Positions 31,083 through 40,084 of a DNA stretch of 64,000 nucleotides are shown piece after piece. Under the pieces are notes generated by a model. The model saw only the letters and a list, made by a program, of their open reading frames with translations. It was not told the DNA's origin and searched no databases. Position 1 is the first letter of the stretch; every line of letters starts with the position of its first letter. Position numbers and translations under genes: made by a program. The DNA is from an uncultured delta proteobacterium (GTDB lineage: Bacteria > Desulfobacterota > Binatia > UBA9968): positions 320,001 to 384,000 of the forward strand of contig CAWDPO010000043.1 in NCBI GenBank assembly GCA_963804165.1. The letters run 5' to 3'.

Positions 31083-32150
31083 ATGATCGTTGACGCCGAT
31101 GCCCACGTTGTTGAATCCGAGCACACGTGGGACTTTTTGGACGCCTCCGAGAAAAAATTCCGCCCGCAGCTTTTCAGCTCCACCGACAATCCCAACATGC
31201 AGTATTGGTTCGTCGAGGGAAAATCCATCGGTTTCCGCCCGCCGACGTTGACCGAACAGGAACTGATCGCCCTTTCCAAGCAAACCGGACGCGAGCTCCA
31301 AACCGCGCCCGAGGCGCGCGAGCTGCGCGACGTCGAGTTGCGCTTGCAGCACATGAACAAGCTCGGCATCGACGTGCAGATCCTTTTCAACACCATGTGG
31401 ATCGCGCGCGTCGCCGACAAAGCCGACGCGGAAATCGCGCTGTGCAAGTCGTGGAACCGCTGGATGGCGGAAGTGTGGAAGCAAGGCAACAATCGGTTAC
31501 GCTGGTCGTGCGTCGTGCCGGCGATGACGCTGAGCGAAGCGATCGAGCAAATGCGCTACGCCAAGGAGAACGGCGCAGTGGCGGTGAGCCTGCGTCCGTT
31601 CGAAGATGACAGGCACCTGGTCGATCCTTACTTCTACCCGATTTACGAAGAAGCGACGCGGTTGAATCTCGCCGTGGCCGTGCACATCGCCAACGGCAGT
31701 CCGCAACTCATGGACCAGTTCAAGCCGCGCTACGATCGCATGGGCGGCTTCGCGCAGTTTCGCATCCCGACCGTCATCACCTGTCTGTCCCTCATGATGA
31801 GCGACGTGCCGCAGACCTTTCCCAAACTCCGTTGGGCCTTCGTCGAAGCTTCCGCTCAGTGGGTGCCGTGGGTGGTCAAGGAAGCGATCCGCCGCACCGG
31901 AACCAAAGGCTTTCCCAAACTGCCGTTCAAAGAGTTCAATATTTACGTCACGACGGAAACCAACGACGACTTCGAATACGTGCTGCGCTACGCCGGCGAA
32001 GATAACGTCGTCATCGGCACCGACTATGGCCATACCGACGCGTCGAGCGAAATCGACGCCATCGACATCTTCCGCGCCAACAAGGAAGTCACCGATCCGA
32101 TCAAGAAAAAAATCCTGGACGACAACCCGCGGCGGCTGTACGCGTTATGA
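31083..32150 (+). CDS. amidohydrolase-2 family protein
   Basis: MIVDADAHVVE, VAVH, FVEAS, GTDYGHTD. Confidence 0.92.
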   Translation: MIVDADAHVVESEHTWDFLDASEKKFRPQLFSSTDNPNMQYWFVEGKSIGFRPPTLTEQELIALSKQTGRELQTAPEARELRDVELRLQHMNKLGIDVQILFNTMWIARVADKADAEIALCKSWNRWMAEVWKQGNNRLRWSCVVPAMTLSEAIEQMRYAKENGAVAVSLRPFEDDRHLVDPYFYPIYEEATRLNLAVAVHIANGSPQLMDQFKPRYDRMGGFAQFRIPTVITCLSLMMSDVPQTFPKLRWAFVEASAQWVPWVVKEAIRRTGTKGFPKLPFKEFNIYVTTETNDDFEYVLRYAGEDNVVIGTDYGHTDASSEIDAIDIFRANKEVTDPIKKKILDDNPRRLYAL

Positions 32151-32235
32151 ATTTAGTCGTCCTGGGGCAATTCTCCTGACTCCGAGGTTCCTTCTGGTTG
32201 TGCGAGGATCAAGCTTTGGAGCGGTAGCTGCTGCT

Positions 32236-34182
32236 TTAAACTTTGGAATTTTTCTGCTGTTCCTCCAGAAGCCGCTGCGCCTCTTCCTCGGACAGTGATT
32301 CCAATTCCTTCAATAGTGTCGTCAAGTCTTGGGCGTCCAAAGTCTTTCCCTGATGTGCCGTGATCATTGATGCCATTTCCGCAACGGTCGGAGATTCAAA
32401 TAGTGATCGCAGTGGTATCTCTAACTGAAACTGATTGACGACTCGCGACACAACCCGGGTCGCTGTCAGAGAGTGACCTCCAAGGTCCAAGAAATCGTCG
32501 TAGATACCAATGGGACGAACATCAAGCAGATCCTCCCAGATCTGGACCAAACTCTTTTCTATCTCATTTCGCGGCGCAGTATATAACGCGTCAAGTTTCG
32601 GTCGCGCACGATCCGGTTTTGGTAAGGCGCGACGATCCAACTTTCCGTTCGTTAGCGGCAGCGATTCCAAAAACACAAAAGTCGACGGGACCATGTAATC
32701 TGGCAGTTTATTCCTGATAAATTTTTTGAGATCGCTCACATTGAGAACGGAGTTTTGACGCGGGATGACATAACCGACCAGATACTCTTCTCCGAGCTCA
32801 CGGTCCCATGCAGCGACTCCGGCGTCTTTGACCTGAGGATGCGCCAACAATGCTCTCTCAATCTCGCCCAGCTCCACACGGTAGCCACGAATCTTCACCA
32901 TGAGATCTTTTCGTCCCAGGTGGATCACAAATCCGTTGGGCAACATCCGGCCGAGATCGCCGGTCGGATAAATTGAATCGGCTGCGCCCTGTGAGTTCCA
33001 GGTTGTCGAGGATGGACGGTGGAACGGCAGATTAAGGTATCGACTGCGGACGGTGATTTCTCCCGTTTGCCCGGGTTGCGCTATATTTCCATCCTCGTCA
33101 ACTATAAGGACTTCTCTTCCAGGCCGGGGATATCCGACGGGAACGCCCTGTTCCGGGAGCTTGAAGTCTTGATCGATCAGAAACGAAGCGAATGTATGGG
33201 TTTCCGTCGCGCCAATAGAAATTTCGAAGGTCGTCGTGGCTGGGAAATGCATCCTATAGAGTGCGATTTCCACTTTGGATACTGGCGCTCCCGACAAATT
33301 AATCAAACGTAATGCGGGAAATTCTATCCTATGCGAGAGCGATTCCACGAACTGGCGAAAGACTACCGGAGTTGAATGAAAGCAAGTGATTTGCTCGTCA
33401 CGCAACCATGACGGGATCCGATTGATTCCTTCCAAGCTAATGTCGAACGGATGAATCGATGCTCCGTTCAGCAAGGACTGATAAAGGTTTATGTGAGACG
33501 AACCAAAAGCAATAGAATGAAATAGGGTGAGCTTGTCGTCTACGCCAATATTATTTATCTGGCCGTGAACAACGCCGTTAAACACGATATTCTTATGAGG
33601 ACAAACGATACCCTTGGGTTTTCCTGTCGATCCCGAAGTGTATAAAAGGCATGCGGGCTCCTCCGCTCCGACCGAAAGTTCGGGGTTCTCAGAGGCGGTT
33701 GAGTGATCGAGTTGGTCGACATTCAGCAATAGCTTCGAATTTCGAATGTGCGGATTGATAAGCCCCTCACCGCGACTATTCGACAGAAGTAAGCTAGCGC
33801 CAGAGTCCTCCAACATTCGAACTTGTCTTTCCTCGGGAAACGATGGGTCTAAACCCAGGTAGAATTTACCTGCCTTCAATACTCCCAAAATTGCTGGAAG
33901 CATGTCGATTCCATGCTCGAATAACAGGGGTATGGGCTCGCTTGAGGCCCCTCGCTTCGCCAAAACGGCGTGAGCGATCCGATTAGCCGCGCGGTTGAGT
34001 TGATCGTAGGTCAGCGCTCGGTCCCTGTCCTTGACTGCCAATCGCTCCGGATACATGTGCACGATCTTCTCAAACCGCGCCGGGATCGATGTCTCAACGT
34101 CCTCCATGGGTCACTCAACGAACATTCCCCATGGAAGAAAGCACTTGGCCCGTATTGATTGTTGGTCATGCGGCAACTTCAT
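32236..34182 (-). CDS. stand-alone NRPS-like adenylation + carrier (A-PCP) protein; in-frame TGA at 34111-34113
   Basis: YTSGSTGKPKG, GATET, TGDLG, KIRGYRVELGEIE, DFLDLGGHSL. The RBS-preceded ATG at 34182 is in frame with ORF 32236..34107. Confidence 0.9.
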
Positions 34183-34483
34183 AGCACTCCCCTACCTTTC
34201 CCCGATTTGCTCTTCCGCGCATCTTTCTCCTGGTCCTGGGAAGGATTGTAGACGAGTGCATTGCTATACGACAAGACTAGAGGTTAGAGGAAGTCTTATG
34301 GTCTTAACAGAGGGGAACTTAATGGCACATGCGGTAAAGAATAGTCCCATAAACATCGGCGCAGTTGGCAGCGAGAACTCGGTTTACATTAAAAAATACA
34401 ATCGCGCACAGAGTGAGCAAGAACTCTAGATTGAAAATTTCGCTCACAACTTTTCGAAGGCAGTTTACCCAGTTTCGACGCAG

Positions 34484-34549
34484 GATTGAACTAAACGACG
34501 CTTCTGACGAATCTCGTGAGATTCGTTTGAAGGAGAATTCAGTTCAATT
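34484..34549. repeat. dif-like site pair A+B
   Basis: GATTGAACTAAA-CGACGC-TTCTGACGAATC tcgtga GATTCGTTTGAA-GGAGAA-TTCAGTTCAATT. Confidence 0.85.
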
Positions 34550-34554
34550 CCATG

Positions 34555-34647
34555 GTTAAACGTTCGCGTTGAGCGGCACGCCCGCACGGGAGCCCATTGG
34601 CGAGCCACCGCCGCTTCCGGCGCGTCCGCTCCAACGCGGGGTTAGCT
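34555..34647 (-). other. integron attC site
   Basis: Minus strand AGCTAAC-cccgcgttggagcggac ... gccgctcaacgcgaac-GTTTAAC, ~20 bp after the stop of 34667..35182. Confidence 0.85.
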
Positions 34648-34666
34648 GGCACCAGAGCGCCATCGC

Positions 34667-35182
34667 CTATTTTGCGCGTCGAAGGACCAAGTGGACGATT
34701 CCTCCGCCGACAGCCGAAACAGGGCTTATGATCTTTAACTTATCACCCGAGATTTCGATGAGCCGAGACTGATCCTCGCCGTTCCAGTTTGGGTAGGTAC
34801 TCCCATCGTAGTGCAGATTTATCTTCCGTTCTTTCTCGTCGATAGAATACCTGCCGAAATAGGCGATGCTTCCTTGTACGATTGCTTTGTTCTCCTCTGC
34901 AGTCCCCGCCATGCGATTGTTTGAAGCAAACTTCGGCAACGTCCCACGTTGAAGCACCAGGATAAAGCGTCCGTTTGCATCGTATACGACCATGCCTTTT
35001 GGATTAGAGCCGAATGGTTCCAATTTCTTTCCGTCTTGGTCTACGTATTGCGCTACTGCCATCCAAGTACCTACGATTTGCTTGCCTAGCGATTGGGCAG
35101 TCGCCGACACACACAAAAATGTGCTTAGCATAGCCAGTGCAACTGACAAGGTTCCGCGCAAACGGCATTGATACGCCTTCAT
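34667..35182 (-). CDS. lipocalin-like domain secreted protein (gene cassette)
   Basis: Signal peptide; IVGTW, FGSNPKG, SIAYFGRY, STYPNWNG. Confidence 0.85.
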   Translation of the reverse strand: MKAYQCRLRGTLSVALAMLSTFLCVSATAQSLGKQIVGTWMAVAQYVDQDGKKLEPFGSNPKGMVVYDANGRFILVLQRGTLPKFASNNRMAGTAEENKAIVQGSIAYFGRYSIDEKERKINLHYDGSTYPNWNGEDQSRLIEISGDKLKIISPVSAVGGGIVHLVLRRAK

Positions 35183-35228
35183 AGTGCCTCCCTGTTGTTA
35201 AGTAACGACCGTATGACGCCTCCGAGCC

Positions 35229-35272
35229 AGCTAACTATTAAGTGAACTGCCGGCTCTTGCGGCGGGTTATCC
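35229..35272 (-). other. truncated attC / cassette 5' core site
   Basis: Minus strand GGATAAC-ccgccgcaagagccg..cacttaata-GTTAGCT; GTTAGCTGGC is the exact complement of GCCAGCTAAC at the cassette 3' end. Confidence 0.7.
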
Positions 35273-35427
35273 GGGAACCCGAAATCTGAGAAGAGCAAAA
35301 TGAACTGAATATCCGTCAACAAGCCGTGCTTTGTCAATGGTTTCACCCGACAAACGCTGCCCGCGGAGCGGTATATCCAGATATCAGCCCGCGGTGTATC
35401 TTGGCGGATCAACCGAAATCGCCGTAG

Positions 35428-35457
35428 GATTGAACTGAACGACGCTTCAATTCGATC
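35428..35457. repeat. dif-like site A
   Basis: GATTGAACTGAA-CGACGC-TTCAATTCGATC. Confidence 0.85.
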
Positions 35458-35503
35458 TCCATTATCCGTCTTAATCAAAGATGAAAAAGTGAAACCAGCG
35501 ACA

Positions 35504-35560
35504 CGCCTGGAGTCCATCCAGGAGAGGGCCGGGCAGCACGGACCGTGGCGCTCTAAGTGA
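35504..35560. repeat. structured ~57-bp motif, copy 1
   Basis: cgCCTGGAgtccaTCCAGGagagggc...gaccgtggcgctc; homologous to 36461-36519. Confidence 0.75.
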
Positions 35561-35700
35561 CACGGAATTGAGTTGCTAGAGAAGCGGCACAAAGACACTT
35601 TGGCTCAATTAGCGCCGTCCACCACGATTGTTTGGACGGTGCAGGGATCTCGTGAGCAAGTCCGTCCGAGATGGTCTGTCGGTAAAGATTCATCCAGACG

Positions 35701-35886
35701 CTATCGCGATGGATCACTCGGACCGCGCGGATTCCCCGCCGATCCTCTGTCAGCAGGAGAGCTTTTCGAAATCTTCTGCAATTCATCAGCCTTCCTTGTT
35801 GGATCAGCATCATTGCCTCGACAGCTCCCAAGAACAACCGTGGCGCATAGTAGGATGGCGACCGCGAGAAGCGTCTGTTTATGCAT
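35701..35886 (-). CDS. small putative lipoprotein
   Basis: MHKQTLLAVAILLCATVVLGS-C lipobox; GGGGAGG RBS upstream. Confidence 0.7.
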   Translation of the reverse strand: MHKQTLLAVAILLCATVVLGSCRGNDADPTRKADELQKISKSSPADRGSAGNPRGPSDPSR

Positions 35887-36138
35887 AATCTGCCTCCCCT
35901 GTCGAATGATCGATATCGTCCAATTCCGAAACTGAGTTGCCGTTGAGAGAGCTGAGGATAAAACGAGCCTCGCAAATTCAGGAGCTCATCTCATGATGCA
36001 GACCTACGCATGAGAAAGCTTGGGACAACTGCGGCAAGCACTAGTTAACGTGACGAGAATTGTCAAGATGCTGAAAAGACATTTTGTCTTGGACGCGCGG
36101 CCTCTGACGGACAACATCCTCACTGAGATGCTGAGAGG

Positions 36139-36168
36139 GATTGAACTTTAACGAATCTAATTTCAATC
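36139..36168. repeat. dif-like site, variant spacer
   Basis: GATTGAACTTTA-ACGAAT-CTAATTTCAATC. Confidence 0.65.
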
Positions 36169-36206
36169 GTTCACAAACGGCGCGTTTACGCCGTAGGGTC
36201 CTGGCC

Positions 36207-36418
36207 ATGAAAAAAGGATATCAAGGCGACGAACTCTGGAGCGCTGTAAATCCGGCGAGCGGTAAACAAGAATTGGTTGACCCCGAGGGCGAATTCATCC
36301 CGGTGAAACAATCATCAAGCTGTACTATTGGAAACGGCTTGACGGCTATGTGACCGTCCCTGGGGATTCGATGTTCAAAGTCGCGGCCGATGGCTACACG
36401 CTCGAAGCTGTTAGATGA
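36207..36418 (+). CDS. small hypothetical protein (probable frameshift near 36305)
   Basis: MKKGYQGDELWSAVNPASGKQELVDPEGEFIP.. continues as IIKLYYWKRLDGYVTVPGDSMFKVAADGYTLEAVR* in another frame. Confidence 0.4.
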
Positions 36419-36460
36419 GACTTAGCACCAGCAGCCAAACCATCAACAAAGACATCGTTG

Positions 36461-36519
36461 CGCCTGAAGTCCATTCAGGAGAGGGCGGTGTGAATCCGAC
36501 CGTGGCGCTCCAAAGTTGA
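36461..36519. repeat. structured ~57-bp motif, copy 2
   Basis: cgCCTGAAgtccaTTCAGGagagggc...gaccgtggcgctc. Confidence 0.75.
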
Positions 36520-36539
36520 TTCAGCGCTAGATACCGAAG

Positions 36540-37520
36540 CTACTGGAACCGTAAGAGACCAGCCTTTGCGCATTCGTCTGCAACGGTCAAATACCGCTTT
36601 ATGCTGTCAGTTCCAACAACATACGGATGCCGATCCTCGGCTTTTCGTTTTGATAACGCTGGCAGCTTCACCTTGCTCCCGTCGTAGATGGTATGGTTGG
36701 AAAGAAGAACATCGGCACCCGCTTTTTCCACAATCTCCCCTAAGCGGCGGGCGGAGTTGCTGTAGGTTTCAAACCAAAAACTATTCGGCTTGCCTCGATA
36801 TTCCGCTCCGCCTCTTAGCCAATTGAACGCAGTACCTCCAACCTCAACAGCGAGGTGACGCTTTCCTCCGTCCTTTACCGGGATAAGAGTTGAGATCGTG
36901 CCTAGCGTATGTCCAGGGGTCTTGTACATCGTCAGTGTCGTGTCGCCAAGCGTGAGCTTCTGTCCGTCAACAGCGACCATATCGCGCTTGGGCTTTGGCC
37001 ATGGCTGCGTATTGCGGCTCATTGCGTCCCAGTCTTCTTCGGCAAGAATGACCCGCGCACCGAAACGATCCTGGAGATACTTTGCTCCACCCGCGTGATC
37101 GATGTGACCATGACTGACAATCACATACTTGATCGAAACCAGATCAAAGCCGAGCTTTTTCAATCCGGCGACGATCTCATCCTCCACTGAGTAGTCAAAT
37201 AAGGCATCCACGATGATGATGCCTTCTGAGGTAGTCACGGCCCAGGCCGAGTGCTCCGCCTGTCCGACAAAGTAAAGATTATCGAAAACTTTTACCGGTT
37301 CGGCGTACCAACTCGAACGATTTGGAGGCCCGGATGGCGGGCGAGCCGTCGTAGCCGGCGTGCACACCGTCTTGAATAAAGCGAGATACTCCTGACCAGC
37401 AGCCTCTCGCGCTTTAGCTACATGAGCATCAGCTGTATCGGAAAACTGAGCAGCAGAGTTGACTGAGACACAATACACCGTAAGACCCAGAGCCAGAACG
37501 ACTATAATCCAAAATCGCAT
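36540..37520 (-). CDS. secreted metallo-beta-lactamase-fold hydrolase, subclass B3-like
   Basis: Signal peptide; PVKVFDNLYFVG, SHGHIDHAGG, TPGHTLG, LSNH. Confidence 0.85.
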   Translation of the reverse strand: MRFWIIVVLALGLTVYCVSVNSAAQFSDTADAHVAKAREAAGQEYLALFKTVCTPATTARPPSGPPNRSSWYAEPVKVFDNLYFVGQAEHSAWAVTTSEGIIIVDALFDYSVEDEIVAGLKKLGFDLVSIKYVIVSHGHIDHAGGAKYLQDRFGARVILAEEDWDAMSRNTQPWPKPKRDMVAVDGQKLTLGDTTLTMYKTPGHTLGTISTLIPVKDGGKRHLAVEVGGTAFNWLRGGAEYRGKPNSFWFETYSNSARRLGEIVEKAGADVLLSNHTIYDGSKVKLPALSKRKAEDRHPYVVGTDSIKRYLTVADECAKAGLLRFQ

Positions 37521-37651
37521 CGGCGTTCTCCTTTTGCTCTCAGACGTGTGAAGAAATCAAATCCTAATGGTTGGGTGTCTGACCAACGAACTCGCGGCTC
37601 CGGACGGTTTACCTTCGTGATGAATGGCTTGTCAATATGTCCACGCCCTCA

Positions 37652-37719
37652 GATTGAACTTAACGACGCCTCGGTTCGATGAGTTCCAAGATTGGCTCGT
37701 AGGAGAATTCAGTTCAATC
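37652..37719. repeat. dif-like site pair A+B
   Basis: GATTGAACTTAA-CGACGC-CTCGGTTCGATG agttccaa GATTGGCTCGTA-GGAGAA-TTCAGTTCAATC. Confidence 0.85.
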
Positions 37720-37774
37720 CTGGTTGTTTTCACGTCTGAAACCGATCTGAAAAATCGCCTCGATAAGAACGAAT

Positions 37775-38773
37775 CTACTTGATCACCCTATCCGCCCGCG
37801 CGAGCACGTTCGGTGGAATCGTCACGCCGATCTGCTTGGCAGTCTTCAGATTAATTATCAGCTCAAACTTCGTCGGTTGTTCGACCGGCAAGTCGGCTGG
37901 CTTCGTTCCCTTGAGAATCTTGTCGACGTACGTGGCAGCGCGACGGAGCAGGTCGGCAAAGTTCGGTCCATAGGCCATGAGTCCCCCAGCCTTCTCCGCA
38001 TGCTCTCTTGTGTCATAAACCAGCGGCAGCCGGTTTTTTGCCGCGAAGTCTGCGATTTGTCTTCCGTAGGTAAGGACCGTTGGGTTTGGCACCATAAGAG
38101 CGCCCGGCCGTTCCCGAATCGCGGCCTCGAAAGCACTCGCTAGCTCTGTGGGATTTCGGACCTCCAGGGATTGAAGGGTAATCGCCAATGCCTGGGCCGC
38201 ACTCTGCACCTCTTTGAATCTGATTCTGTTGGCCGAATTAGCCGGATCCCAGATGAAGGCTACTCGTGTGACGTTCGGCAATATTTCTTTGAGCAGTTCC
38301 AATCGTTTTCCATCTAAGTCAGGGGACAGAGTGGTCAACCCCGTAATATTCCCACCTGGCCGTGCGAAGCTAGCGACGAGTCCGACGGCAACCGGATCTG
38401 CTACCTCTGCCATGACAATGGGGATAGTGCTGGTCGTGTTCTTAACGGCCTGGATCGCTGGTGTAGTTCCCGTAACGATCACGTCAACTTTAAGCTGGAG
38501 CAGCTCGGACGCGAGCACGGGCAACCGATCGCTTTTTCCCTCAGTGTAGCGATACTCAATGATGATGTTCTGTCCCTCAACATAGCCAAGTTCCCGCAGA
38601 CCTTGCCGGAATGCCTCGATACGGGCTGAGTAAGAGGAAGGGGAGCCGGGAACTAGAAAACCTACGAGCGGGACTTTCTTCGGCTGCTGCGCCTCGGCTA
38701 TGACCGCAACAGCAAGCAGCACCACTACAAACAGGATTGATAAGATCCAAGCTTTCCTCATTGCACACATCAT
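37775..38773 (-). CDS. ABC_sub_bind-type substrate-binding protein, paralog 1
   Basis: AEAQQP, GLRELGYVEGQNI, DPVAVGLVASFARPGGNITG, DLPVEQPTKFEL, LARADRVIK. Confidence 0.92.
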   Translation of the reverse strand: MMCAMRKAWILSILFVVVLLAVAVIAEAQQPKKVPLVGFLVPGSPSSYSARIEAFRQGLRELGYVEGQNIIIEYRYTEGKSDRLPVLASELLQLKVDVIVTGTTPAIQAVKNTTSTIPIVMAEVADPVAVGLVASFARPGGNITGLTTLSPDLDGKRLELLKEILPNVTRVAFIWDPANSANRIRFKEVQSAAQALAITLQSLEVRNPTELASAFEAAIRERPGALMVPNPTVLTYGRQIADFAAKNRLPLVYDTREHAEKAGGLMAYGPNFADLLRRAATYVDKILKGTKPADLPVEQPTKFELIINLKTAKQIGVTIPPNVLARADRVIK

Positions 38774-38873
38774 TTGTTATGTATCACGCGGGCGGTAGTA
38801 GAAAAAGGTAAGATTTACGACGGAAGACGACAGGTATTCGTCGAGCGGAAACACAAATTTTTAGCGTAAGTAA

Positions 38874-38939
38874 GATTGAACTGAACGACGCGTCAGACAA
38901 ACCTTGCGAGATTGAGTCGTAGGAGAATTCAGTTCAATC
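38874..38939. repeat. dif-like site pair A+B
   Basis: GATTGAACTGAA-CGACGC-GTCAGACAAACC ttgcga GATTGAGTCGTA-GGAGAA-TTCAGTTCAATC. Confidence 0.85.
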
Positions 38940-38966
38940 CTAGCATCGCCGCTTCTCTTTCTTTGC

Positions 38967-39974
38967 TCACTTGATCACTTTGTCCGCTCTCGCCAGCACA
39001 TTCGGCGGAATCGTCAGGCCGATTTGCTTAGCGGTTTTCAGGTTGACGATGAACTCAAATTTCTTTGGCTGCTCGACGGGAAGATCGGAGGGTTTGGCGC
39101 CCTTAAGGATCTTGTCCACAAGAACGGCGGCGCGTCTGTAGGGTTCGATCCGGTCTGTTCCGTAGGACATGAAGCCGCCGAGCTCCACAAAATCTGCCAG
39201 ACCGGCTATTGCCGGTAGGCGATTTTTTATCGCCAGGCTTATGATTTGGTTTTGATTATTAGCGATCAACCCGCCTCCCGTCACGAAGAGAGCGCCGCTC
39301 CGTGCCTTCACTGCATCTCTGAACCCGCTCTCGATATCGTTGGCGCTGCTTACCGCCATGGAATGAAGTTGTAGACTGAGTTCCTTTGCTGGCGGTTGGC
39401 TTTCTTTCCATACTTGCGTCGAGCCCGGATTCTGCGAATGCCACAGCACTGCAACGCGGGAGAGCTTGGGAATAGTCTCCTTGAGTAACTCCAGCAGTTT
39501 GCCCGCTAACACCCCGCCAATCGAAGTGAAGCCTGTGATATTGCCCCCAGGCGACGCCAAGCTGTCAACCAACCCAAGCGAAACGGGATCGGATACCGTT
39601 CCCAGAAAGACGATGGGAATCGTCCTAGTAGCGTTTTTCGCGGCTCGGGTGTCATTTGCCCCCGGCGTGACGATCACGTCAACCTTGAGCCGAACCAACT
39701 CAGCAGCAAGGGACCGAAGACGGTCGAGATTGTGCTCTGCGTATCGGAACTCGAAAGCTATATTCTTGCCTTCGACATAGCCGAGTTTGAGAAACTCTCG
39801 CCGAAATGATTCGAGCCTAGCCGAAGGGGAACTGGCTCCTCCGAGAATTCCAATTATCGGTATTTTCGCCGGCTGCTGCGCCTCGGCGACGACTGCAGCG
39901 GCGAGCAGGAACACTACAAGCAGGATTGAAAAGACCGGTTTCCTCATTGCACACATGCATTCGCTATGTATCAC
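38967..39974 (-). CDS. ABC_sub_bind-type substrate-binding protein, paralog 2 (start uncertain)
   Basis: Same motifs as paralog 1. Confidence 0.92.
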   Translation of the reverse strand: MIHSECMCAMRKPVFSILLVVFLLAAAVVAEAQQPAKIPIIGILGGASSPSARLESFRREFLKLGYVEGKNIAFEFRYAEHNLDRLRSLAAELVRLKVDVIVTPGANDTRAAKNATRTIPIVFLGTVSDPVSLGLVDSLASPGGNITGFTSIGGVLAGKLLELLKETIPKLSRVAVLWHSQNPGSTQVWKESQPPAKELSLQLHSMAVSSANDIESGFRDAVKARSGALFVTGGGLIANNQNQIISLAIKNRLPAIAGLADFVELGGFMSYGTDRIEPYRRAAVLVDKILKGAKPSDLPVEQPKKFEFIVNLKTAKQIGLTIPPNVLARADKVIK

Positions 39975-40054
39975 GGGGGCGGTAGAAGAGAAAAGTGAGA
40001 TTTACGTAGAAAGGCGGCAAGGATTCGTTGAATAGGAAACCCGAATCAGCCTGA

Positions 40055-40084
40055 GATTGAACTGAACGACGCTTCAGTTCGATC
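40055..40084. repeat. dif-like site A (near-perfect palindrome)
   Basis: GATTGAACTGAA-CGACGC-TTCAGTTCGATC. Confidence 0.85.

Noticed and set aside
32150-32200. Possible left-boundary site (AATTTAGTCGTC resembling a B variable arm; inverted TTCTCC; ctggggcaa resembling 45913-45920)
   Set aside because: The conserved arm is absent and the pieces do not fit the 12-6-12 geometry, so it is not called.
34111-34113. Selenocysteine recoding of the TGA in the A-PCP gene
   Set aside because: No redox motif at the position and no convincing SECIS hairpin recognised downstream.
35297-35312. Extra half-site AAATGAACTGAA
   Set aside because: No class spacer or partner arm; may be chance or a decayed site.
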